From the NCBI GenBank assembly GCA_024137785.1, contig JAHRHZ010000067.1, positions 7,848,088 through 7,912,087 of the forward strand: 64,000 nt of DNA, written 5' to 3'. Of the stretch, positions 53,637-64,000 are shown piece after piece. The position numbers and the translations under genes are program-made. The notes beneath the pieces are model-generated. The model did no database searches. It was not told the DNA's origin and saw only the letters and a program-made list of their open reading frames with translations. Position 1 is the stretch's first letter. Every line of letters begins with the position of its first letter. The stretch comes from Ginglymostoma cirratum (lineage: Eukaryota).

Positions 53637-54204
53637 TAACAAGGTGTAGAGCTGGATTAACACAGCAGGCCAAGCAGCATCNNNNNNNNNNNNNNNNNNN
53701 NNNNNNNNNNNNNNNNNNNNNNNNNNNNNNNNNNNNNNNNNNNNNNNNNNNNNNNNNNNNNNNNNNNNNNNNNNNNNNNNNNNNNNNNNNNNNNNNNNNN
53801 NNNNNNNNNNNNNNNNNNNNNNNNNNNNNNNNNNNNNNNNNNNNNNNNNNNNNNNNNNNNNNNNNNNNNNNNNNNNNNNNNNNNNNNNNNNNNNNNNNNN
53901 NNNNNNNNNNNNNNNNNNNNNNNNNNNNNNNNNNNNNNNNNNNNNNNNNNNNNNNNNNNNNNNNNNNNNNNNNNNNNNNNNNNNNNNNNNNNNNNNNNNN
54001 NNNNNNNNNNNNNNNNNNNNNNNNNNNNNNNNNNNNNNNNNNNNNNNNNNNNNNNNNNNNNNNNNNNNNNNNNNNNNNNNNAGAAGGGTCTAGGCCCGAA
54101 ATGTCAGCCTTCCTGCTCCTCTGTTGCTGCTTGGCCTGCTGTGTTCATTCAGCTCCGCACCTTGTTATCTCAGATTCTCCAGCATCTGCAGTTCCTGCTA
54201 TCTT
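53637..54204. mobile_element. Penelope family-1 fold-back insertion nested in Rex1, spanning an assembly gap
   Basis: Inverted arms on both sides of the gap; TSD TTCCATTCATGGA at 53624-53636 and 54205-54217. Confidence 0.88.
53682..54081. other. Assembly gap
   Basis: 400 N residues. Confidence 0.99.
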
Positions 54205-54929
54205 TTCCATTCATGGACTCCATTTACACAGCTCGTTGCTGCAGAAAAGCAGCCAACATCATCGAAGACCAATCGCTCCCTGTTAATGACCTCCTACAAC
54301 CTCTTCTGTCAGGTAGAAGATACAGACACCCGAACACAAGCACAAGCAGGTTCAGGAACAGCTTCTTTCAGGCCATTATCAGACTGTTGAACGAACTCTA
54401 GCCTCAAATAATGTAACCTGCAACGTAACCTATATACCTCTATGTCTTTTTGATCTGTACAGCTCATTAGCAAAGCTTTTCACCTTTTTCACGTATTTCG
54501 GTGCACGTGACGATAAAATCAATCAATCTAAAAAAGGTCTCCAGCATTTGCAGTTCTTTGTTTTAATATCATATCAAGGGGTGGGGTTAGGGGATTTGTT
54601 GGCTTTTGAATTTGCTTTTAAAGTGACTCTAACAGCCTTTTTCTCACTTACCCGTCTATTTTGCGTGCGAAGTAACAAACAAAGGTTTTCCATTGGCTTT
54701 TGAATTACTGCAATGGCTAACTTTCATTGTGAAATACTTCAAAAGGACTCAGTTGCCTCATGTTAAAAAGGAAGTATTTTGTAATGGAAAGTGGTGTGAC
54801 CTGCAACATCCAGCTACTGAATGCATCTGTCTCGGAATTACTTTATCAGCAAGTTGTCTGGGTTTGATGTCAGGGGAGAACTTGATTACTGTCAAGTATT
54901 ACAAGATTACTGCTTTTCATGAAAAGAAA

Positions 54930-55790
54930 CATCAATATTTATTTACATAGTATCTTTGCCATGATGAAACATTCTGTGTTGCTTCATATGAATATCATAC
55001 ACTTAAGCATGACACTGACCCCATTAGGAGACATTTGATCAATTGAGCAAAAATTCGGTCAAACAGATAGGTTTTAAAGGTGGAAAATAGGGAGGCAGAT
55101 TGGTGTAAAGAGGGCATTCTGGAGCTTAGTGCCTTGGTATCAAATGGTGCACCAATTATAAATGGTGCTGCTCAAGATGCCAGAATCAATGAGCACAGAT
55201 CTTGGAGGTGTGTGGAGCTGGAGATTACAGTGGTAAAAAAGAGCAAGGCCAAGGAGAGATTTGAAAACAAGGATCAAAATTTTGAAATCAAGGCTTTGTT
55301 TTATATGGGGCTAGTGTGATGGTTGATTTGGATTTGGTACAAGACACAGGCAGCAAAGCTTTGGATGACTTCCAGATAATGGAATATTAGAATATGGGCG
55401 AGCAGATAAAAGTGCACTGGAAGAGTTAAGTCTGGAGTTGGAGAAGGCATGTAAAGGTGTTCAATAGCAGATTAGCTAAGATGAGGTATGATATAAGTCA
55501 ATGTTTTTCAGCTGAAACAGGTGGTCTTAGTGATGGAACAAGTACAGAAATTGCTGGAAAAGCTCAGCAGGTCTGGCATTATCTGTGGAGAGAAATCCGA
55601 GTTAATGTTTCAAGTCGAGTCGCCCTTCCCCAGAATCATTCCACAGATGCTGAGCTTTTCCAGCTTCTGTTTTTGTTTCTGATTTCCAGCATCCTCAATT
55701 CTTTCTGTCTTAGTGATAGTGTGGATATGTTGATGGAAGGTCATCTCAGGATCAAATTTGACATGAGGGTTCTGATGTTGTAAAGCCTAT
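54930..55790 (-). mobile_element. Decayed L2 LINE 3' fragment
   Basis: Colinear with 57900-58490 (GGAGAGATTTGAAAACAAGGAT..AATTTT.AAATCAAG). Confidence 0.7.
55536..55706. mobile_element. Penelope family-2 fold-back insertion in L2
   Basis: Inverted plus direct pseudo-LTR pieces; TSD GTCTTAGTGAT at 55524-55534 and 55707-55717. Confidence 0.8.
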
Positions 55791-56664
55791 CCAATTGCAT
55801 TAGATGTTATTATGGTGAAAGGATGCTTGAGTTACTGTATCATTTTTCTGTGTTTATTTAAGTTGGGTAAATTTATCTGTTGTAACTTTGATCATTAGGC
55901 AACATAAAAACCTGAAAATGTAGGAGGAGCAGCGTTATTATTGTTTAACTGAAGTTTCCATTCCACTTTTGCCTCATTACAATTGATGATCAGAAAAAAT
56001 CTGGTGTAGAAACTCAAGCTTTGTTGCCTATCTCTGGGAGACAGCAATATATACTCAGCCGAAGATACTGTGGAGACACTTAAAGCTCTATAAAACTCAA
56101 TTAATTTATTAATTTATTAGGTACTTAAATGAATAACACACACTTTTAACTACTAGAGATACCTCAATCACTGTCTTTCACTACCCTGTGTTCTGTAACT
56201 AACCCCAAATGTTATTACCCAGGAGAGTTAACAGCTGGCCAGGCCAGAACTCTTCTTAACGTCTTCACCATACCCCCTGATGTGGGGTACCACCTGCAGA
56301 TCTATGCTTCAAAGTTCTGCTGAAAGTCAAGGATTTTCTCAGACTGCTTTATACATGGGAATCTGCACCAAGTGGATGCCTTATTTGGAATTATCTGTGC
56401 ACGTGACCAATCCTTTTGTTTGTCCTTGTTTGGTAGAGATTGCAGTTACTGATTTCCTGTGATCTTAGCTCTTAGCAGACCTGAACGACTCAGTACAATT
56501 CCAAACCAGCCCATTGTAAAGCTTCTTATCAATTTCTGATATCTTCAGTCTTATTCGATACCTTTTTTTCATTTGTTTGCACTGAAGGCTTGTTATGTAA
56601 CTCTGCTGGTCTAAAGTTGTACCAAACTGAATTAGCTCTGTAAGAACTGTGACTACCATTGTAC

Positions 56665-57055
56665 GTCAGAGGTTAGGAATCTTGTAGCGAGTAACTCACC
56701 TGCCGACTCGCAAAGTCTGTCCACCATTTACTAGTCAGGGGTTTGATGGAATACTCTTCACTTGCCTGGATGACTAGAGCTCCAACAACACTCAAGAAGC
56801 TCATTTCACTTGATTGGCACCGCACCCATGAGCATCCACTCCTTCCCCCACCGACACTCAGTAGCAGCAGTATGTACTATTTACAAGATCAACTGCAGAA
56901 GGCTCCTTAGACAACTTCTTCCAAATCCATGGCTGCAGCCATATAGAAGGACAAGGGCAGCAGGTCCATGGGAGCACCATCCCTACAAACCATTCATCAT
57001 ACTGACTTGGAATATATTGCAGTTTCTTCACTGTCTCTGGGTCAAAATTCTAGAA
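56665..57055 (+). mobile_element. LINE 3' fragment (CR1/L2-group, distinct family)
   Basis: RLGIL.RVTHL..SLSTIY..MEYS.LAWM..APTTLKKL..LIG..IHS..HRHSVAAVCTIYK. Confidence 0.75.
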
Positions 57056-57899
57056 TTAAAAACTATATAAAAATCTTAATACTGTGTACTTCAGTGAGGA
57101 ATAATCATTAAAAGTGGAGTTGTGCAGAGCAGAAAGTGAAATATGTTGATTTTAATTCCAAGGGAAATGGTCTATTTATGAAATTTGTTCATGGTCTATT
57201 TGGAAATGTCCTACTAAAACCTTGAATTGTAATAATCATATGAATTATAGAGCATTTTGTCTCTTGCTAAGCAGTAATAGTGGTTCCATTAGTATGAAAT
57301 TTATTCTTCCTTGCCCTGCGGTGGGAATTGGAGACAATTATGTAAAGTTTGGTAGTTCAACTTGTTCAAGAGCCAGAACTTCGTTCCCCACTCATTGCAG
57401 TTTCCAACATGAACTCGGAGGGCTTTTAAGCTAGCTGCATGTGATATGCTGATGAATTCACACACATTACCTAATAAATGTTACTAATGCAAAACACTTG
57501 GTAAAATACTGTAATAAGTATTTTCCAATATCAATTTGTCTGTATGTTTGAATTTGCAGAATAGATCTGAAATCTGAATGCCATATCTTAATGATTCACT
57601 TAAACAACTGGGATCTGTTCTTCTTACTGAATAGTTAAGAGAGCTGAGAAGAGGTAAAACTGCGAATTGTTGTTCTGACCAATACTCATTCCCCAATCAA
57701 TACCAAAAAAAATTAAAAGATTAACAGTTTTTGGGACCTTAAGGTGTACCAATTAGCTCCAGATTTGTGATCATATCAATCACTTCAAAATTTTTAAAAA
57801 GAAGTACTTCAAAGCAACAGTAACAGAAACTGGTATTTATATAGTGCCTTTAGTACAACAAAATATCTCAAAGTGGTTCAACAGAACTTGGATTTATTT

Positions 57900-58490
57900 T
57901 GCAACTTTTATGTAATGAAACATCTCAAGTTGCTTTACAGGGCCATTGTAAAACAACATATTACACCAAGCTTTGTAAAGAAATATCAGATGACCAGAAG
58001 CTTGATTAGAGAAGAATGCTTCAAGGACCATCCAGGATGAGGGTGGAGAGGCAGAGAGCTGTATGAAGGGAATTCCAGAACCTGTGGCATTGGTAGCAGA
58101 AGGCAAAACTGCCAATGGTGGGATGACTAAAACTGGAAATGCCAGAATTAGAGGAATGCAGAAACCTTGGATAATTGGAAGAGATTACAGAGATAGGGAG
58201 TGCAAGGTCATGGAGGAATTTGAAAACAATGATGAGAATTTTAAAATCAAGTTGGTGTTGGGCCAGAATCCAATGTAGGTCAGCAAGTACAGGTGTAATA
58301 GGTGAAAGGGTCTTAGTACGAGTTAAGACACAAACAGCAGATCTTACGAACACCCCAATTTTATGGTAAGATATATATGAACGCATGTGGGAGACCAGCT
58401 GGAATTGAATTGAAAGAGTCACGCCTCGGAGAAAATAAGGCATGGATCGGGATTTCAGCGGCAGATGAGCCAAGTTTGCTGGGTGATTAT
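57900..58490 (-). mobile_element. L2 LINE 3' fragment
   Basis: SAVCVLTRTK..SPITPVLADLHW..LDFKILI.VFK.LH..AF.Y....WNSL. Confidence 0.88.
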
Positions 58491-58499
58491 GAAACATAT

Positions 58500-58645
58500 A
58501 AGGTAAAGTTGCCATAGTCCTACTGGGCCATAGGGCTGCTGTCTCATTAAAGAGGGGTGACTGGTTATGGTTTAACATGAGGGTCACCACACCTTAGGTG
58601 AGGGGAGAGGTTGAAAAGTAGAGTCCTTCATGGAAACCTCAGCCA
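58500..58645 (-). mobile_element. SINE 3' part (family of 30608-30818)
   Basis: Reverse match to 30685-30818. Confidence 0.8.
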
Positions 58646-58759
58646 CTAAATACGGAGATAATAAGGTGGGTAACCAAAAGCATGGCAAAATAGGTAGGTT
58701 TTAAGAATTGTCTTAAAGAGAAAGGCAAGGCTTAGAGATGAAGGACGGCCAGAGGATTG

Positions 58760-59760
58760 ACAGGTGTTCTATTAGTGTAAATCATTTTCTTCATCAGTCA
58801 ACAACAGGAATGAATTGCTAACTACTTTTAAACCTGACCAAGCATTTGAATTAAGAAAAAAACTTTGAAAATTGTTTTGCTGATTCTTCATTAAAGATAT
58901 TATCTTGTAAGTGCCAGTTACCACATCATACTATTGTTACGACAACATTTCATGTGTAGTATTTCTTGGAGGACTTCGTTTTGAAAGATTCCATTAAGGT
59001 TGATTCATTTCATGTATTGTGGATCTATCTAGAATGGTTTCTTAAATAGACATCATTAAAAGGTTATTGTGGCTAGTGGAGTTTGTTTCTTTTTACAAGG
59101 CCACTTAGAAACCACATGACTGAAAATAACAGCCTGCTTTGCTGTAGATCCCAGTTTTGCTGGGACTGTTAGAATAACGACTGGATTGAAATATCTGGAA
59201 TCAGGTGAGGCTCGAGAGGGCTACAAGGAAGAACCACCCAGCTGATTTCTCTCATTTCTGAAAATAAACCTCTTTTGTTGCGTTCAGTGTGAAACCTATT
59301 TGTTCTTCTTAAAACAGTGACTGGAAGAACTTTACAATGTTGTATTTTGTCACTAAACTGAATCTGAAGAACTCCAGAAACAACTGTGTGTGATTAGTGA
59401 CTTGACCACACATGCCTGAATATCAGATCTACAGACCTCAGAACACTCTACATTTTCTTCTTTTACTTTCAAAATGCCCATTGAACCACAACATCTTTTC
59501 CCCAGAGAGTCAATCTCTTCCTAGAAATCAGCGTTTTCTCTTTACCTGAATACTGCGTTTGTCTGTGTGTTTTTCAGATGTTTAAAGGGATAAGCGCTTA
59601 TACTATATTTCTATATTGCTGTGAAGGTTAATCGGTTATTTCATATTAATTGATTATGTTTTATTTTGATAATAAACCAATAATTGAGTTTTTTTAAGAA
59701 ACCTGGATGATAAATCTTTGATTTTAAACCTGATATCACGAGTGTGAAGATTAAATAATT
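58760..59760 (+). mobile_element. Possible decayed LTR-like repeat
   Basis: Layout resembles a long solo LTR (AATAAA near 59671), but termini and TSD were not established. Confidence 0.25.
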
Positions 59761-60174
59761 CTACAAAAATATTAAATTTTCTCATGAAAATTTTCACATT
59801 TCAAATACTCGCAAGAAATTTTGCCTTTCACTCTTTGGATGTCTACCAACCAAATTAGAAAGAACATCAAAATGTGACCACAGTCCTTAGAAAGGAATAA
59901 AATAAGCAACTTAATAGCAGGCTTAATTCAAGGATCACTGTTCACATTGAAAGTCAGGTATCTTCTTGTTGTAATTTAAGTATCATCTGTAGTAAAGTTG
60001 TGGGAAGATTTTCTTGTTAAATTTTGTGACTTGGAATTGTTATACTGTGTCACTAAATATGGAAGTGTTTACACGGTTATCTCAGTGACACAACTCTCCT
60101 TGTGTCAGTATTACTGTGCGCTCACATGATGCTTTGAATGTTCTTGATTTTCAGTTTGGAAAATTGCTGATGTT

Positions 60175-60458
60175 ATAGAATCCCTACAAAGTGGAAGCAG
60201 GCCATTAGGTCCATTGAGTTCACACCAACTCTCCAAAGCGTTCCACCACCCCACCCCACAACCCTGCAATTCCCATGGCTAATCCACCTAGCCCGCACAT
60301 CTTTGGGCTGTGGAAGGAAACTGGAGTACCTGGTGGAAACACATGAAGACACAGGGAGAATGAACAAATTCCACACAGAGAGTCACCCAAGGGTGGAGTC
60401 AAATCCAAGACTCTTGTACTGTAAAGCAGCAGTGTTAACCACTGTGCCACCATGCTAC
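60175..60458 (-). mobile_element. V-SINE (HE1-like)
   Basis: Reverse A box (AACCACTGTGCCACC) and V-domain; matches 16062-16340. Confidence 0.88.
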
Positions 60459-60571
60459 TCCTCATATATCACAATTCCAGGATGGTTTGGAGTGTGGCAG
60501 TGACAGTAATGGAGTTTGCAAATTCTCTCCAAATAGCTGCACTTACAATGAACAGAATTCCTGGTGCTGTT

Positions 60572-62378
60572 AAACATAGAACATAGAACATAGAACAGTA
60601 CAGCACAGTGCAGGCCCTTCGGCCCATGATGTTGTGCCAATCTATTATCCTACTAAGATCAATCTACCCTGCATAACCTGCATTTTACTATCCTCCATGT
60701 GCCTATCCAAGAGTCATTTAAAACTCTCTAAAGTATCTGACTTCACTACCACTGCCAGCAGTGCATTCCACACGCCCACCACTCTCTGTGTAAAGAACCT
60801 ACCTCTGACATCTCCCCTACACTTTCCTCCAATCACCTTAAAATTATGCACCCTCGTAATAGTCATTTCCGCCCTGGAGAAAAGTCTCTGACTATCCACT
60901 ATATATATGCCTCTCATCATCTTGTAAATCTCTAACAAGTCACCTCTCATCCTGAAAAAAGGCCTAGCTCCCTCAACCTTTCCTCATAAGACCTGCCCTC
61001 CAGTCCAGGCAGCATCCTGGTAAATCTCCTCTGAACCCTCTCTAAAGCTTCCACATCTTTCCTGCAATGAGATGACCAGAACCGAACACCATATTCCAAG
61101 TGTGGTCTAACCAGAGTTTTATAGAGCTGCAGCATAACCTCATGGCTCTTAAACTCAATTCCCCTGCCAATGAAAGCCAACACACCATCTGCCTTCTTTA
61201 CAACTTATCAACTTGGGTCGCAACTTTGAGGGATCTATGGACACGGACCCCAAGATCCCTCTGTTCCTCCACACTGCTGAGAATCCTGCCGTTAACTCTG
61301 TATTCGGCATTCAAATTCGACCTTCCAAAATGAGTCACTTCACACTTTTCTGGATTGAATTCCATCTGCCACTTCTTTGCCCAGCTCTGCATCCTGTCAA
61401 AGTCCCGTTGCAACCTACAACAGCCCTCCACACTATCCACAACTCCACCAACCTTTGTGCTGTTGGCAAACTTACTTACCCAGCCAGCCACTTCCTCATC
61501 CAAGTCATTTATAAAGATCACAAAGAGCAGAGGTCCCAGAACAGATCCCTGCAGCACACCACTGGTCACCCAGCTCCAGGCTGAATACTTTCCATCTACT
61601 ACCACCCTCTGTCTTCTACTGGACAGCCAGTTTTGTATCCAGACAGCCAAATTAACCTGAATCCCATGCCTCCTTACTGTCTGAATGAGCCTACCAGGTG
61701 GAACCTCATCGAATGCCTTACTAAAGTCCATATACACCACATCCACTGCTTTACCTTCATTGATGTGTTTTGTCACATCCTCAAAGACCTGCCCCTCACA
61801 AAGCCATGCTGACTATTTCTAATTAAACTGTGCTTTTCCAAATAATCATAAATACGATCTCCCAGAATCCTCTCCAATAATTTGCCCACCACAGAAGTAA
61901 GACTGTTTGGTCTGTAATTTCCAGGATTATCCCTATTCCCTTTCTTGGACAAGGGAATGACATTTTCCACTCTCCAATCTTCTGGGACTACTCCAGTAGA
62001 CAGTGAGGATGCAAAGATCGTTGCCAAAGGGGCAGCAATCTCTTCCCTTGCTTCCCGTAGTAACCTTGGGTATATCCTGTCTGGGCCAGGGGACTTACCT
62101 ATCCTCATGTTTTTGAAAATTTCTAGCACATCCTCCTTCCTAGCAACAACCTGTTCGAGCATATCAGCCTGTTTCATGCTGTCCTCACAAACGTCAAGGT
62201 CCCTTTCACTGGTGAATACTGAAGCAAAGTATTCATTAAGGACCTCCCCTACCGCCTCTGACTCTGCGCACAAGTTGCCTCCACAATCCCTGATTGGCCC
62301 TACCCTCACTCTGGCCATCTTCCTGTTCCTCATAAAAATATAGAAAGCCTTGGGATTTTTCCTGATCCGACCCAAGGA
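60572..62378 (-). mobile_element. 5'-truncated CR1 LINE with (CATAGAA)n terminal repeat
   Basis: GKSPGPD.IYPR, NYRP.SLTSVVGK, MDFSKAFD, QGSVLGP, VRPHLEY, RVVGVWNAL; three CATAGAA units at 60574-60595. Confidence 0.96.
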
Positions 62379-63884
62379 AAACAGTTAACACTTCTTAGTT
62401 CCAGCTGCTTTAATTACAAAAAGAAAACTGCTCTCCAAACAAATGCACTCTTCCCCTAGTTAATCACCAGCTTCACTCTGCTCGGCTCACTTTATGTTCT
62501 TCTCTTTTCTCTCTGGACTTTGGTCTACTGCTCAGTTATTTTCTATATTCTGCTATTGTGCTTTTTCCCTATCCTAGATAAAGAGCATGCTGTATACATC
62601 ATAACTATGTTTCTAATCCTACACTGTTTGTGAAAACACCATGGGAGACCAATCAATGTTGATTAACCATAACAACATTCGTCATCATTGGAAAATAAAT
62701 TCTTGATCCAAGGAAACCAACATTCCAATATTGTTCCCTTCTGCCCACTATGCTACACGATGGAGTCAATTTACTTTAACCCTAGAACAACTCAATTTAT
62801 TTCAAAGGGCACCACATATTTGGGTTCACTTGGCCAATGTGCTGGAGCCACCTCAACCTCAGGAAACACATCACATGGTATAATTCTTTGTTTCTCCATT
62901 TACTCTTTTATCCTTGTGAAACTATTGTATATTTGGGTATCATGGTACTTGCAGGAGTGGTACAATTAAAAATCAGGCTTCCTTGGTGATCCTACTTACC
63001 TTTGGAATGGTGTAAGTGGTAAAGTGACATGGTTATTATTGGAGTGGTAAGGATCACCCTGCCTTCTGGTAGCTCTGTTGTTTGGGTGCATCATCCTATT
63101 CTGTCTCCAGGTGGGTGGCCTACTGATGATATGTTTTCTTCTCCTGGATGTCATTTTGAGTGTTTAGCGCAGAGGGTAAGAAATGGATTTGTCCTGAATG
63201 TCAAAGATGAAGTGTGAAATTCACAAATAAATTACCAAACTCAATTTGTTCAGCCTAAAGAAATGACTATCTAAACTGTCTAAAAAATAACCTTGCTTTC
63301 AACCTCAATTCTGTTACAAATTGAGAAGAAACTATTGAAATCCCCAGTTCAAAAGCAGATTTGAAAAGGGCAATTACAGGCTGTGCAATGAGACTTCTAA
63401 TGATACCTCTCTAAATAAACAGGTAAAAACAAGCTGCAGATGGGATCCTTCATCCACTTCAATCCAAACAGGAAACAGAATTTGCAAAACCACCCTTCCT
63501 CAACATAAATAAAAACTAGCACAAAAGTATAAATTAAACTGAATTCCCAAGCAAGAATACAGCAGCATATCATGGCCAATTTAATCTGTCTATGCCTATA
63601 ATCTTTAAAAGTTGTGGCCTCTCTTCTGAACTTCCTCTTGCTCCTGCAAGTATACTTTGATAATAACACTTCCTCCTCCTGGTATTCTCTCCGAACTCAA
63701 ATTAAGACTTAATGCATGATCTCTAATTTGGATCTGATTTATTTTCTGGTAAATCAGAACAAGCAGTTAATCTTTCTTCCTTTCTGGGCCTCCTGGAGTC
63801 TTCAAGCTCTGAGAACCCAAGTTTGGTGTCACTTAATTTGCCTCATTATTCTTCCTCATTATTTTCATCCTTATTATTCTTACA

Positions 63885-63960
63885 TTAGAAAGGGAAAATA
63901 TTGGAAACAATACTCAGCAGGTTAGGAACCTTTTGTATCAAGAGAAAGAGAGAGTTAATG
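63885..63960 (-). mobile_element. Decayed Penelope family-2 pseudo-LTR fragment
   Basis: TGGAAAC..TACTCAGCAGGT...GAGAAAG.GAGAGTTAAT resembles the reverse of 42350-42410. Confidence 0.5.
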
Positions 63961-64000
63961 GGTGGAATCTTCCCAGCCTTTCATGGTCAAGGACAGGACC

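Larger units (their letters stand above)
52658..54530 (+). mobile_element. Rex1/Babar-clade LINE, 5'-truncated
   Basis: [68 protein letters not shown]. Confidence 0.92.

Noticed and set aside
56000-56640. Possible second solo LTR
   Set aside because: Only generic AT-rich signals; the termini could not be defined.
60572-60600. (CATAGAA)3 tandem repeat as a CRISPR-like or regulatory array
   Set aside because: It has no spacers and is the standard terminal microsatellite of a CR1 3' end.
14700-64000. Expected neighbouring protein-coding gene (e.g. LYRM9 or NOS2 by tetrapod synteny)
   Set aside because: No recognisable exon peptide was found. The listed short ORFs are either transposon-derived or random, although small exons could be missed by eye.

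Overview
This is vertebrate genomic DNA, almost certainly from a cartilaginous fish (shark). That is inferred from the repeat content: CR1, L2 and Rex1/Babar LINEs, HE1/V-SINE-type and Deu-type SINEs, and Penelope-like elements. The only host gene I recognise is Nemo-like kinase (NLK) on the minus strand. Its CpG-island promoter, uORF-rich 5' leader and first coding exon (13277-13947) are present, and the exon has an expanded His/Ala/Gly/Ser/Pro homopolymer N-terminus. Positions 1-13276 are NLK intron 1, and about 14.7-64 kb is upstream intergenic DNA heavily filled with decayed retroelements, with two N gaps. The most notable non-obvious pattern is a set of Penelope-like element (PLE) insertions from about three families. 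They carry roughly ten intact-to-decayed minimal hammerhead-ribozyme motifs, fold-back inverted ends, a ~35-nt tail and recurrent 13-14 bp target-site duplications. One young PLE has an RT + GIY-YIG frame broken by only a single stop. I found no prokaryotic-type system, and I cannot claim a wholly new system from sequence alone. Repeat boundaries and family names were assigned by eye and are approximate.
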